Of a stretch of DNA of 64,000 bases, positions 13,466 through 31,998 are shown piece after piece; position 1 is the stretch's first letter, and each line of letters opens with the position of its first letter. Made by a program: the position numbers and the translations under genes. Source of the stretch: Eledone cirrhosa (taxonomy: Eukaryota); assembly GCA_964016885.1 (NCBI GenBank), contig OZ024765.1, forward strand, positions 17,794,001 to 17,858,000, in the 5' to 3' direction. The notes below the pieces were generated by a model. The model had not been told where the DNA came from. It did not search any database and saw only the letters and a list, made by a program, of their open reading frames with translations.

Positions 13466-13576
13466 ATATATATATATGTGTGTGTGTGTGTAAAAGGTAA
13501 ACAGAAATAACAACACAATCGGTACAGTATATGGAAGGAATATATTAAGTTAACACTTGAAATAGCAGGAAGAGGG

Positions 13577-13612
13577 TCTTAACGTTTCAGATGCTTGTCC
13601 TTCATCAGAAGA
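13577..13612 (-). ncRNA. Very short hammerhead ribozyme candidate
   Basis: tctt CTGATGA aggacaagcatct GAAA cg TT aaga; 4-bp stem I, weak 3-bp stem II, palindromic ACGU stem III. Confidence 0.5.
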
Positions 13613-14044
13613 AAGAAATATATATATATAATATTTATAATATATAATATATATATATATATATATAAATATATATAAGTATATATACACACACACACAT
13701 AATATGTGTGTGTGTCTGTGTCTATGTGTGAATGTTCACTCGTATATATTTATAAGTGGGTTCTTGTGGTTTTCTGCTTGTATAATTGTGTTTATGTGTG
13801 GGCATACATGTGTGGCTTTTCGTCGAGTACATGTAACGTTTGAAATAATATATGGGTGCCTCGTATTAGATTTCATGAAATAACGAGAAAATGCATTTTT
13901 TGAATTCCGGATGGTAAAAGGGTGCTACCCGTTTCTCACATAGAACATACCCCTCTTTTCTACTTTACACATAATTATGGAATCCATAGCAACGGTAATG
14001 TATATTAAATTAAGTATGGAGTGTGCATATATGTGTATTTTTGC

Positions 14045-18800
<4,756 letters not shown>

Positions 18801-18960
18801 TATATAAATTTGATTATTACGTGGTTATTTATAGTATTTTCTGACGAATGCATAGATCAACCAACTTAATTTCAGACCTTCTTACGTCATTGCACCTATA
18901 TAGGTGAACATACACGCATGGTATAAGAAGACATGTCTTAACAATTACTTACCCTTGAAT

Positions 18961-19001
<41 letters not shown>

Positions 19002-19321
19002 CGTGTGTGTGTGTGTGTGTGCGTGTGTGCATCCTAGGTTCAATCAGTGGCAACCACAGTAACTATGATACTCAGTACATAGCAGAATATAAATATTTAA
19101 TATAGAAATGGCTTCTACAGGACTAAAAAGCTTTCATTCGAAGGAAATCATTAGGAAAGCCTTCCTGGTGATTTCCTTCAAATGAAACAGTTCTAGTCCT
19201 GTAGAAGCCATTTCTATATATATATAGCAACGAGTAGGACCCCGACGGCTGAGCTCAAGCAGTTTCGACGGCTAATTCTGTGCGTTATGGTCCATCTGGT
19301 TCCTTACCACATTTCCTTCGT

Positions 19322-19378
<57 letters not shown>

Positions 19379-19380
<2 letters not shown>

Positions 19381-19840
19381 GATATTAAATAAATGGAAAC
19401 TATATTTATAAAACCATATTTATTTCACTATATATATTTCAGGGATATCATATTAACAATATGTTATGCCTTCCTCAGACAAAATACAATATAGACAGTT
19501 TTATAGATAAATAGATTTGACATACCGTTCAACATCGACTTGTATTTGAAAAAGTTGATTTGGCAGTCAAATACAAAGTATTTCAAATACAAGTCGATGT
19601 TGAACGGTATGTCAAATCTATTTATCTATAAAACTGTCTATATTGTATTTTGTCTGAGGAAGGCATAACATATTGTTAATATGATATCCCTGAAATATAT
19701 ATAATGAAATAAATATGGTTTTATAATTATAGTTTCCATTTATTTAATATCGTAAATATACTCCAAATACTTGTTGAGTGCTTTTATATCAGTTATAAAT
19801 ATTTACTAGTTGTAACCCAACAATTTAAATATAACTTTCC
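19379..19840. mobile_element. Penelope pLTR-like family A sequence as a fold-back palindrome (~170-bp arms)
   Basis: 19379-19550 mirrored at 19581-19753; homologous to 4790-5020. Hammerheads on both strands (19422-19485 minus, 19647-19710 plus). Confidence 0.85.
19647..19710 (+). ncRNA. Minimal hammerhead ribozyme (family A, divergent stem II)
   Basis: attttgt CTGAGGA aggcataacatatt gtt aatatgatatccct GAAA tatata TA atgaaat. Confidence 0.75.
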
Positions 19841-19917
19841 ATATATATATATATATATATTTCGTTTCTGAATTTGTTTAGCAAGATTCTTTATCTGAAA
19901 ACATGTGTTGAAACCGA

Positions 19918-20701
19918 TATTGTTATACTTTGGGAGGGTCATGTTGCCAATAAGAAACACACGCACCAGTTGCTTTCAATTCAATTTATTATAATAAATT
20001 TATAAATGTAGGAATTTATAAATTTCCGGTTGGTTGGTTGGTTCCACAACCAGATGGTTGTTCATATATTGTCAAAGTTCTTTCGGCACACATGCTGTGA
20101 CCTATTCAGTGACTGGGGATTATTTTCTTTGTTTTTTGTGCCTCTCCTTTGTTCTGTCCTACGCCATCTTGTTTTTGTGTGTGTGTTGTGTGCTGAGTTT
20201 GCGCATGTGTTACATCCGGGTGTCTGTGTGTGTTTATATTCGTTTATTTATTTGTTTATTTACATGTTACTGGTTGGTTGTTTGTTCTATGTGCGTGTGT
20301 GTTTTCATTTTGTCCTTAATTTTAAGTTGTGATGTTGCTGTTCCACTCATGTTTTCTATTTAATTTTGGTTGTATTCATTTCTGTTTATTGCCTCTGTGA
20401 TTTCTCTAAACATTGCGTCTTTTCTGTGTGTAGATTCTATTTTTATTTCTATGTTCTCTAATTTACCCTTATGTTCTATTTTAGCATGTTGGTAGAGTAC
20501 AGATGATTCTTTACTATCTTTAAGGTCTCGCCAGTGTTCATTTATCCGTTCCCGTATACTACGAGCTGTCTCACCTATGTACATTATATTTTTATCTCTA
20601 CATTGTCCTTCAGTACATCTTATGCTATATACTACATTTCTAGTTTTACAGTTAATGTGGGGTCTTAATTTACAGATTATACATTTCTTATCTATACAGG
20701 G
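19918..20701 (-). mobile_element. Penelope-like element 3' end: GIY-YIG domain plus 3' pLTR
   Basis: PCIDKKCIIC..NC...VVYSIRC...C....YIGETARSIRERINEH..H...H (20701-20360; Neptune-like Cys linker, inference). The downstream sequence recurs at 47712-48010; hammerhead-like motif with a mutated core at 20071-20113. Confidence 0.85.
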
Positions 20702-20793
20702 AGGTCTTTAGCAAGACATACCCTTTTCAAAGACCTTGGCTCTGATTCCATCAACACTATACACACAGAGCTGGCATATCTAAGAACTGACTA

Positions 20794-20849
20794 ACTGCCT
20801 GATGAGGTCATAGCCATTCAATGGCTATCATCGAAATATATATAGCAGT
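20794..20849 (+). ncRNA. Minimal type-I hammerhead ribozyme (family C)
   Basis: actgc CTGATGA ggtcatagccat tca atggctatcatc GAAA tatata TA gcagt; perfect 5-bp stem I, long stem II, palindromic stem III. Confidence 0.85.
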
Positions 20850-20990
20850 AAATAAAGGATTATGAGTTCATTCAATTGACTTATGTTTCGTCACTATTAT
20901 AACTCCGGAACTTATATCTTCGTTGAGTGCTCCCTATCCGCATACTGAAGTACTGGACTTTACCAACACTTACTTTCTTGCTTATATATA

Positions 20991-21051
<61 letters not shown>

Positions 21052-21218
21052 GGGGTAACAAATAATAGTTAAATGCAGTCCACTTAGGTATAGTCCAGTT
21101 ATGGTATTCCAGGTAGTGGATGATATCAACGCTTGGCTTGGTTTGACTCAACAAGGCGTTTTCATAGTGATGCTGTGGGTATGCTGTAATTCCTATGTTG
21201 TAAACACTTGGAGTAATA

Positions 21219-21517
21219 ATAAATCAGGAAAGAAGGTTGACATGGTTTGCTATACAAAAAAGGTTTTCACGTTACTCGATCGCCAATACAAAATTATAAC
21301 TAGTCAGTTCTTCGGAGCATGCGAGATTCTTGCCTGTGTATTCTCTTCATTCTCGCATGCTCCGAAGAACTGACTGGTTATAATTTTGTATTGGCGATCG
21401 AGTAACGTGAAAACAAGCGAATAGCGATCTCTAGACATACCAGTTCAGAGAAACAATTGTCAGCTATGAGATTAAAAACCTTTTTTGTATAGCAAACCAT
21501 GTCATCCTTCTTTCCTG

Positions 21518-21522
<5 letters not shown>
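21219..21522. repeat. Inverted duplication (64-bp arms plus outer ~47-bp arms) containing a variant hammerhead-like motif
   Basis: 21263-21326 mirrors 21351-21414; 21219-21266 mirrors 21476-21522. Confidence 0.85.
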
Positions 21523-21585
<63 letters not shown>

Positions 21586-21869
21586 AAGAGAGGGACACTC
21601 TGAACAAAATCCTGCAGCTTCGGAAGTATCCGATGATATTGACCAGTTCTCCTTTTCGGGTAGTGTTTTCGATGCTCAGAGAGTGGGATTGGTCGAGTGC
21701 AAGGCCTTTCCCCACTTTAAAAACCTTCAAAGCACAGGTATTGCTTGTTCATGGTCTGTTAAAGATTTGTCTGACTGGCCGTAGTCTAAAAGTGCACCAA
21801 ACTCTGTAACCTGACAAGCGGTTTCAATAATCATAGCAGAGTTTGCAGCCATTACATATATCTATCTAT

Positions 21870-22028
21870 CTAAGGCGGGTAAAATTCCCGAGATCCATGG
21901 ACGAGTTCTCTCCAGCGGTCTCTGTCCCTCATTATCGCTGCCATATCCTGCATCTCCAACAGACCAGTGTCTGTCCTTAGGGCATCAACATATGTTAACC
22001 TTGGTCTTCCTCTTCTAGTGTGTCCATG
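21870..22028 (-). mobile_element. RTE LINE 3' tip
   Basis: Reverse complement of 17594-17750. Confidence 0.8.
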
Positions 22029-22419
22029 TGTGTGTGTGTGTGTGTGTGTGCGTGTGTCTGTGTATCCTCGGTGGATCAATTCATTAGATACAAAAAAAAT
22101 AACAATAAACACCATTTGTATTTTTTTTTTCTGAACATTCAATTTTTATTCAAAGAAATCTCAATACAACAACAACAACAAAAACAACAACAAAGGTGCT
22201 GATAGAGGGAGGGGGCGCTGTTCTGCAAACAATATCTGTAAAATAAAAATATCTATTATTATTATTATTATTATTATTATTGTTATTATTATTGTTCTTA
22301 TTATTATAATTTGGCACAAGGCCAGCAATTATCGCAGTGTAGTACCAGTAATACACTTGGATAATTGCTGGCCTTGTGCCGAAAGTAGAAACAATTATTA
22401 TTATTATTATTATTAGCAC

Positions 22420-23035
22420 TGTCAGAATCCTGCTCTATATATTAAGCCTCTTTGATCAGGAACTGATCTGTGACGAATTCAATATTTCACTTAGCCGCCA
22501 ATTGCTAGAGAAACCTTTAAAAATTATTAGTGAAGATCAACCCACCGCCTTTAGGCCATGAAGGGCAGGCAATTTTCCTCTCTCTGGTGGCAGTAGTGAA
22601 AGAGGTTGTATGGTGGACCAGGTTGAAAGGACCGAAGAAAGACACTTTTCTCTTCGGTCAATCCTTCATCAACTTTTTCAAGTTTCACTTGGAAAGGAAG
22701 GTGAGGGTGGAGAGAGAAGTGCTGCCCTACCCTCCAGTACATTTGCTAACAGATGGGTGAATGTGGCGAGAATGGCCGCCTGTAGGCTGGTGAATTTGAG
22801 GAGCAGATGTGTGCCCTTCCCGGGTGCCCTCGAAGCGTCGGGTGGTCATGATTGGTGAATCAACCCTGGGTGGTTATCCCGCCCCCCATTGGGTAATTTT
22901 CATTGTTGTATTTTTCTTCTTTATTGTTATTGTCTTCCTATTTTCTACTCCTCGATTTTTATGTAAAGCCACCACTGTCCCCGTCTATTGTATTGTCCCC
23001 TATATGTCGGCCCTTGTGGCGAAATAAATGAAACC
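22420..23035 (+). mobile_element. Tx1/L1-like LINE ORF2 C-terminus and 3' UTR
   Basis: FLSLVAVVKEVVWWTRLKG...FFKFHLERKVRVE; T-rich UTR with aataaa ending in an (ATT)n tract. Confidence 0.55.
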
Positions 23036-23079
23036 ATTATTATTACTATGGTTCACCAGTGCCCCCCCCCCCCATCCCT

Positions 23080-23468
23080 GATGACTGGCGGTTCCGTGCC
23101 AGCCCTTCTGCAACCTCCAGGCTGACGTGAGCCCCTGGAGGTCTTCCTTAATCACATCCAGCCATCTGGGGGTGAATGTTGCCATTGGGCATCTTCCAAC
23201 CTGTAGCTGCTAGGTTGAACGAGAGTAAGGACCTCATAGGATGATCTGGCAGGGAGGTGAAGCACATTTCCGTACCAGAGCATCTGGAGGGTCGCTATGT
23301 GACGAGAGGATGCGGCCTGATGAGTGTCAGCTCGCAACTCTTTATTGGAAAGATGATCAAACCATCTGATATCATCGATAGGGTCCCTAAGGCTCTGCTA
23401 CTGAAGCCCTCTATCCTGTTAGCCAGAGTCCTTGTGAGGGGTCAGGTTTCTGCCCCATAGAGCAGACA
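23080..23468 (-). mobile_element. RTE-like LINE C-terminal fragment
   Basis: Minus frames: LLYGAET*PL..RTLA..LQMLWYGNVLHLP..PRWLDVIKEDL. Confidence 0.7.
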
Positions 23469-23517
<49 letters not shown>

Positions 23518-23880
23518 TGTATTATCCTTATTAGTAGTTCTTCTGCGTACTTTATACAAACTTTTGTGGGACCTTTCATTGCTTATGACTTGGAGCAGAA
23601 GTTAAGTGTGGACTGAGTATATAACTAGGATGTGCCAGAAAGCAGCTCATTGGCCGCAAGATATTTATGCTTTGTATATAGTATGTAGACAGTAACAGGG
23701 GACAAGGAAACTGGTATTGTAGCTGCTACTACCACCACATCACCAACGAAGAGAAATATATATATATATATACAGTATTAATAAATGGAAACTATATTTA
23801 TAAAACCATATTTATTTCATTATATATATTTTTTTGAAAGGGTATGTCAATTATCTATTTGTAAAACTGTTATATATTGT

Positions 23881-23943
23881 ATTCTGTCTGATGAAGGCAT
23901 ACCATGATTTAACTTGGTATCCTTGAAATATGTATAATGAAAT
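23881..23943 (+). ncRNA. Minimal hammerhead ribozyme (family A) within a partly inverted pLTR copy (23770-24065)
   Basis: attctgt CTGATGA aggcatacca tgatttaact tggtatcctt GAAA tatgta TA atgaaat. Confidence 0.75.
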
Positions 23944-24475
23944 AAATATGGTTTTATAAATATAGTTTCCATTTATTAATACTGTATATCTACTCCAAAT
24001 ATTTGTCGAGTGCTTTATAATAATATTTGCTTGTTGTATCGCAACAATTTAAATTGAACTTTTGCATATATATATAGAGAGAGAGAGAGAGAATAACGAA
24101 AATGTGAATTTTTATATATATGTAAACCATTTTATCTAGTATCCTCTTCTAATTAATATACACCTTAACTTTATTATATACTTTTTATATTTCCTGTGGC
24201 ATGAAGAATTTAAATTTGTTATCGACTGAAACCTGCACTAAAAATTGTTTTTAAAAAATGATGTTTCTGATTTTCTATGAGAAAATTCTATTAGCATTTC
24301 TACTTCTCCTGTTCCTAATATATATATATATATATATGATATATTTTGTTTGCTTATCGATCTGTTACGGGCGTTTCACAAAGGATTGGCTCCTGGTTAC
24401 TCATAGAATTTATAGACTCGACTCCATTATCGATCTGCTCATCAGACTGGTGAATCGACAAAATACACAAATGCA

Positions 24476-24534
<59 letters not shown>

Positions 24535-24538
<4 letters not shown>

Positions 24539-24720
24539 GTTTCTACTTTAGGCACAAGGCCAGCAATTACCCAGTGCATTACTGGTACTTTATTTTTATC
24601 GACCCTGTAAGGATGAAAGGCAAAGTCAACCTCGGCGGGATTTGTACTCAGATCGTAAAGGGACGTAACTATGCTGGAAAGCATGGCGTCCGACCCTCTA
24701 CCGATACTGCCAATCCACCG

Positions 24721-24723
<3 letters not shown>
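24535..24723 (-). mobile_element. Full-length S1 SINE inserted in (TA)n
   Basis: Complete reverse-complement copy flanked by TA runs. Confidence 0.9.
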
Positions 24724-24819
<96 letters not shown>

Positions 24820-24977
24820 GAAAAATCAGTGATGCATCTGTACTCAATTTATTGTGTGTTACAATTGTTTCGCCGGCAGACAGCTCGAGACACGATCATT
24901 GTATGGCTCTGTCTGATTCTAGAACTGCAGGTTCGTCGGACAATTGCAATAATTTCGGAACAAATTTTCTCACTGAG

Positions 24978-25041
<64 letters not shown>

Positions 25042-25599
25042 TGCATTTTGTGAGAATCGTGGGTAATATTTTGAGCCTCTGACACCAGGAACTGACCTGA
25101 AGCCAATTAACGCTTGACCTCAGTATTTCACTGGTACCATACAGAGAATCTGTGTTTGTATGTCTGTGTGTGTGTGTGTCTGCGTGTGATAGTTAGGACG
25201 TAAAAAAAGGATATAGAAAAAAATCGATCCGGTACTACATTGATTGTGTGTGTGTGTGTGTGTGTCTGTGTGTGATAGAGAGGAAGTGAGAGAAGGATAT
25301 AGAGGAAGAATCGACCCGACCCCTGTACTGGTCTGGTGCTTCTTTTAACGATCTCGGAAGGGTGAAGGTCATAGTTTAACTCGGCAGGAATTGAACTTCC
25401 GGTTTAAGAAATAATGTTGTTGAGAGTTTCTTTTACTGGACACAAGAACCGGAACCTTAGAGGACAATAGCAGGACGGAACGAACCAAACACACCCACCG
25501 TGGGGTTTACATTGTGATGAACAATAGGTATAACAATAACATCAATTGTAATATGTAGCAATGTCTAAAGTCTTTCTCGAACCCGGCGGCTGATCAGGC

Positions 25600-25903
25600 C
25601 TAGACCTAGGTAGGTTCCGTGGCGTCAAAGGACTGAGAGTATCACTCCTCCCCTGGATAGGTCGCTAGTCTATCACAGCATTAAAACTCCAGCTATTAAT
25701 GGTACTCAGAACGCCAGTCCATCGCAAGGTGACCCCCCCCCCCCAAGCTATTGCTGGTATTCAATTTCAGATGAGTATACTGGAACAACATTTAATGAAG
25801 TGTCTTGCTCTAGAACACACCACTCCACACAACCCAGCGTAGGAATCGAACATACATTATGATCGTAAGCCTAACACCCTTACCACTAGGCCACGCGCCT
25901 CTC
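25600..25903 (-). mobile_element. tRNA-derived CORE-like SINE (family S2)
   Basis: Reverse complement ggcgcgtggcctagtggtaagg..gttcgattcc..gagcaagacacttca. Relatives at 29043-29415, 35738-35885, 36415-36480, 50101-50228, 53090-53160, 53812-53930, 59730-59900. Confidence 0.75.
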
Positions 25904-27574
25904 CATATAGTAATGCAAAATAATTAACTATAAAAATCGACAAGGAAAAGTTCAGCAAAATGAGGGAAGACTGGCTCTTCCCCACAGGTAATTCCAGACA
26001 AAACCCTACTTGCATAAAAAGCATTGAAATTATTCTCAACCGGTTTCTTTTGCGCTTTTGTTTAGAAAACAAAGCAACATAGAATGGAATGGATCTCCGT
26101 TGTTTTCTACGCTGAGCATTCTTGTTTTTCGATCTAAGGGTTATCATGTTTGTGAAATTAGAGAGCAAGTGGCTGAGGATTTCACAGACACGTGTACTTT
26201 TAATGTAGTTTTCAGGGCGATTCAGTGTGACACTGTGTCTAACAAGACTAGCTCTTTTGAATTAGAGATACAATCCATCCAACAGGGTTTACCTACAAGT
26301 TTCTTCAACCCATTTTCTCACACGGAAGTTTGGGGCACCGCCTTCAAGAGATTGTCAAGCCTGACACCTATTTATCGATCTCTTTTGATCGATTATCGAA
26401 CCGCTATTTTGTGACACACAATAAACATAGACACAAGTAGACGGCCACGTGTAGATAGTTTCTGTGGTACGTAGCTCGAACGATTAAAGTGATTTTTGTG
26501 TCTGTGGAGTTTACCTCGCACAAGCAAAGCCCTGCAGTAGCATCCCTAGGCCAGGGATTTTCGGGAACTATCCAGCCCTCGGTTTGAATATATCCTGGAG
26601 TATAACGTTCATTATGCAATGCCCTTCAGTAGCGTCCCTGGGTCAGACATTTATGGGAACTATCCAATCTTTGATTTTAATATAGCCGAAATTATAACGG
26701 CCATTTTGATTTCTGGGATTATCCACTGGATGGATGTCTCACGGCGCAATCTCACAAATTGATATCCGTCGAAACCCAGAATTCCTCCGAGTCAGTTGTT
26801 ATTCTTTCCCACTACTAGTCGGCTATAGAAAGTTAATTTGTAAGTTCAAAACTGGTAGGGGGCTTTAAGTCATTGAGCACTTTCCACATGCCAGTGTCCC
26901 AGTCGTGGTCTCCATCTTTTTACTCAAATCTCCAGCTGCGTTACGAGACGAACTGTGGTGAGAAGGTATTAAAAAGGTAGCCATACTTGTCTACTGTTCA
27001 TTTGAACTAAGTGTCGCTGGAAGTTGTGTACAATCCATCCGTTCCAATTCGCCAGATACTTTGATTTTAGCTTTTACTTTGATTTTTTGCATGTCACACC
27101 TTAAACCCCTGACCCCATTGGAAGCAATGCGCTACTTCGTCTTTTACATCGTTGATCCTAATTCTGATAACGCAAACTGGCTTTTCGACACCCAATTCTC
27201 GCCCCTAGCACATCGGCCAGGATGTACTTCCCTCTCCCTACTTCCGTTTAATCTCTTCTCCCCAATGACTTACCCCTCTCTCCCTCTCTCTCCTTCTCAG
27301 CCCTAGTTTTAGTATATACAATGTGGTCTACTTTTGGCGGTAGGGTCTATACCGTAGTTAGAAGACGGTATGAGGGAAACTATATATTATGTCTGATAGT
27401 ATGCAGTTATGTAACTGCTATAGATCAGTCAATATATCAATATGATCAACCCTCTGAAACGATCGTAAAACAATGAATGAAATATGTAAAATAACTTGCC
27501 TTTGTTTCTCTCCACCTCACCTTTCTCTCTGTTTTCCCTCTCTCTCAACCACCTCACCTGACTGTTTGTCTATC

Positions 27575-27750
27575 TCTGTCTTTCTCACCTCTTCCCCTCT
27601 CTCTCTCTTTCTCACCTCTTCCTCTCTCTCTTTCTCACCTCTTCCTCTCTCTCTCTCTCTCTCTCTCTTTCTCACCTCTTCCTCTCTCTCTCTCTCTTTC
27701 TCACCTCTTCCTCTCTCTCTCTCTTTCTCACCTCTTCCTCTCTCTCTCTT
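27575..27750. repeat. CT-rich minisatellite (ctctctttctcacctcttc)n
   Basis: Direct inspection. Confidence 0.9.
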
Positions 27751-28649
27751 AAATATTTACGAAGCTGTCTCCACTGGGAGTTCCACCACCTACGGTTGAT
27801 CGCCCCGGTTAACTGCTGCAGAGTGGTTGCCCTTGCATTTCTGAGAAATACATGTTTATATTCTGCCAACCAGATTCTATGTCTATGCCTTCTATCTATA
27901 AAATAATTGTTTCTACTTTTGGCACAAGGGCAGCAATTATCCCAGTGTATTACTGGTACTTCTATCTATAAAATAATAAAACTCTGCGATTACTTGCTTG
28001 CTTGTCTGTAATGTAATAGAGCCAAGACGGCGCATAATGGGGAAATACTTTGAAAGGAAGTTGACCCTGAAATGCGAATACAAATGGAATAAAACAAGTT
28101 TCGCGTAAATCGGAGGACGGGTTCCCGAGATATGGGGTTTTCTGAGTACCTTCATAAACAAAGAGAGTGAGAGAAAAGGATAGAGGGAGAGATTGTGGTT
28201 GTGAGAGAGTAGATTGAAAGAGACATGGATAGAGAGGGAGAGAGGAGGAGAATGGAAGAGAGAGAGAGAGCTGGTGTTGCTGTGTATATATATATGTGTG
28301 TGTGTGTGTGTATATGTATGTGTATGTGCGTCTATGACAAGTGTATATGAATCACAGACACCCACATGTATATTTATACACACACACATATATATATATA
28401 TTTATATATATATATGCTTATATACACACACACATACATATATATATATATATGCATATATACACATATATATATATGCATATATACACACACACATATA
28501 TATATATATATATGCATATATACACATATATATACACACATATATATATATGCATATATACACATATATACACACACACACATATATATATGCATATATA
28601 CACATATACACACACACACATATATATGCATATATACACATATATACAC

Positions 28650-28680
<31 letters not shown>

Positions 28681-28710
28681 CACACACATTTATATATAGA
28701 TACAAACACT

Positions 28711-28746
<36 letters not shown>

Positions 28747-29737
28747 CACACATTTATATATACACATACAAAGACATATATATATATATGGGCCTTCCAG
28801 TTACATTTCACCTTATATATATGTCTGTGAATATTTTGATTTTTAAAAAATATTTTGAAGGGAACGTGACTCCACGATGAACAACGCGAGTGGTTGGTCT
28901 GTGTGGTCAACTAGTTAAAAATACGGACATCTTAACCAATCTCTACACTTACCTTTGCTATCGGAAGTTAGACTCGTAGTGATGGTGGTTCTTTACAAGC
29001 TCTCCCCTTTTCCCGAAAAAAATAAAGTGTTTCTTGCGTGTGAAGGAGCATAGCCTAGTGGCTAGGGTGTTGGACTGAAGGTGATGGTCATTGGAACGTG
29101 GGTTCAATTCCTTGTTGTATTTTAGAGCATGCATGCCCCCGTGCGATGCAAGCAGCGCATTGCTGTCTGTGCTTATTCTCGTTTCATAGCGTGAAAGCAA
29201 CTGAAAGTACAGACCCCCCCCTCCCTGGAGAGGACGCCAGTCCATCGCAGGGTTAAACCCCCAGCTATTGTTGGTACTCATTGTCAGCTGAGTATACTGG
29301 AGCAACGTGAAATTAAGTGTTTTGCTCAAGAACATAACACACAAGCCAGCCCAGGAATCGAACCCACGACATTATGATCGTAAGTCGAACAATCTTACCA
29401 CTAGGCCATGTGCCTTCGAAGGGAAATTGAAACAGATCACTAGCACACCCTATATGTATATCCCGACCAGGATTGAAACCCAGACCAAGATCACCACCGT
29501 CTGTAATACTTCACGGGCTACCGAAAAAGCACGCGGTTTTATTTCGCTTTAATTTTCATAAGGCTTGAGGTCTTCATAATCAAACTATTACAGAAATAAT
29601 CTGAGACACAACCTCATATGAAGCCAAGTAAACTAGTGTGAACTGGGAATTTCATTTCCATACTAAGGATTCTTTCTTCTCTATATATCAGATAATCTCC
29701 ATGTTAGCAGGTAATTTGTTTATTTAACCCTTTAACA

Positions 29738-30011
29738 TTTACATTACTCTATACATGATATTGTATTTTCTCGGTAAAGACTTTATCTCACATAATATCA
29801 CATAGAATTTGCATTACTGTATATATACTTTTATATTTTCACGGTAAAGGCTTTATCTCACATAATATCTCACATAGAATTTACATTATTTTATATATAC
29901 TATTGTATTTTCACGGTAAAGGCTTTACCTCACATAATATCTCACATAGAATTTACATTACTTTATATATACTATTGTATTTTCACGGTAAAGGTTTTAT
30001 CTCACATAATA
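29738..30011. repeat. ~71-72-bp tandem repeat, about 3.8 copies
   Basis: tttacattact..ttttcacggtaaaggctttatctcacataatatctcacatagaa repeated. Confidence 0.9.
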
Positions 30012-30529
30012 TGGAATCTGCGAGACTTTGATGTTATTTATTTGGAGAACAGTACCTTAATGTCAGTATGAGCAGCCAGTTATGGCCAGTTTGAACGGAA
30101 AGAGGTGAAAGAATTGTGGCCGGAAATAGCCGGATTAAAAGGTAGAGTATGAGTAAACGAACTTTGAGGTTCGCAACAAGGTTTTATGTGGTGAATTACT
30201 GGTAGAGTCGCTAGATAGGAAATGCTTTGTGGTAATTGTTCCCGCTTTTAGCACTGTCCGAGATATCAAATCCCACAGAGGCCCTTCGAGGTCGATACAA
30301 ATCAAATCATAGTCTTGTACTAGGATCAAGTCTCTCTCTCTCTCTATCCCTTTATTCACCTACTCTTTCTCTCGTTGTTTCTCCTTTTAAGAAATAAATC
30401 GTCTGGATTCAGACCTGGAGAGGAGAGAGAGAGGGAGAATGGACTCCGCCACATTTAAAATGCCCAGAATAGGCCATGCTACTTAAACGTTCCTAAGACT
30501 TTATCAGGTGTAACGTATACATACATATA

Positions 30530-30585
<56 letters not shown>

Positions 30586-30742
30586 TACATATGTACATAT
30601 ATTTGTGCGTACATACACACACATATACATTCATACATATGTACATACATACATACATACATACATACATACATACAAACTTACATACGTACATTTAGAT
30701 ACATGCGAACATACATATGTACATACGTACATACATACATCC

Positions 30743-31970
30743 AATCCTACCTCGAAGCGTAGGAACCCGCTTCTCGAGCAAGTCTATCTGCATGAAACAG
30801 ATAAGATCATGAGAGTTGGGAAGGAACTCCTCGAGAGATATTCCCCGTGTGATAATTAAAAACTCACACCCAGGGAAGTCGCTCAGCAGTACCACAGTGA
30901 ATCCATGGATGAAAAACTGCATGCCTATCAGCAAAAAATCATGCATGGATATGTTGCCAGGAAGCTCCAGAGTGAGAGTAATATAGATAAACAAAGTAGT
31001 CTATCTTGGACCAACAACCGCTGTATTGGCTCCCACTTTGAAGGATACGCTTTTGCAATCCAAGAACAGGAGATTAACACGAAATACCTGATTCACAAAA
31101 GAGATAGGGATGCAGGCAAAACACCTAGATGTGATAACAAGTGCAGACTCTGCAGAACTAACATCGAGGATATCACCCATGTCATCAGCAGCTGTCCAAA
31201 GATGTCATCGTGGTACTATCTACCTCTGAAGCATGATGAAGTGGCCAAAACACTGTACAATGCAGTTCGTAAAAAAAATAGCCCCGATAATAAACACATT
31301 AAAAGCTACAGTAATGTGGAAGACATCCATGTACATAATATGAAAGAGTACTGGTAGAATGTTCCAGTAAAAACCCCAATAAAATGCAGGCATAACAGAC
31401 CAGATATTATGTTATAGGACAAGGAGAAGAAAGCATGCACAGTAGTGGAAGTTAGCTGCCCAGCAGATGCCAATATAATATCAAAGATTAGTGAAAAGGA
31501 GAATATTTATGCAGAGCTGATGAGAAATCTGCAGATACTCCACCCTTATTACACCTTCAGATTTATACCTGTGATTATTGGGGCACTAGGGGAATGCTAG
31601 TAACTGCCTCAATACAAATCTTGAGAAGCTAGGCTTCACAGGAACAGAAAGAATACAACTAGTTAGGAAATTACAAGTACAATCCATTAATGGAACAGTA
31701 AAAATATTTAAAACATTCCAAAAATGTTGCATCTAATAACTGCATATACACATGTACAGATACAAAGCATATACACATGCACACATACAACTCAAAACAT
31801 CCACATCCACACATACAATAACATCCATATCTACACATGCATGCATACATAATCTACCTAGTTGATGTGTAAATTCCAATGAGAGAGTCTTGTGTCTATG
31901 TTAGAAACCGACTCTCGCTCTATTGGGAAAAAAATTTGCGAAATTATAAAACCAGAAGAACATACATATA
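30743..31970 (+). mobile_element. R4/Dong-like LINE 3' region: CCHC knuckle plus restriction-like endonuclease
   Basis: MHG..EGYAFAIQEQEINT..CRLC....EDITHVISSC..KHDEVA, then HNRPDI..VVEVSCP..PVIIGALG; contains stops and a frameshift. Confidence 0.88.
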
Positions 31971-31998
31971 GACATAGACATATGTACATACATACATA

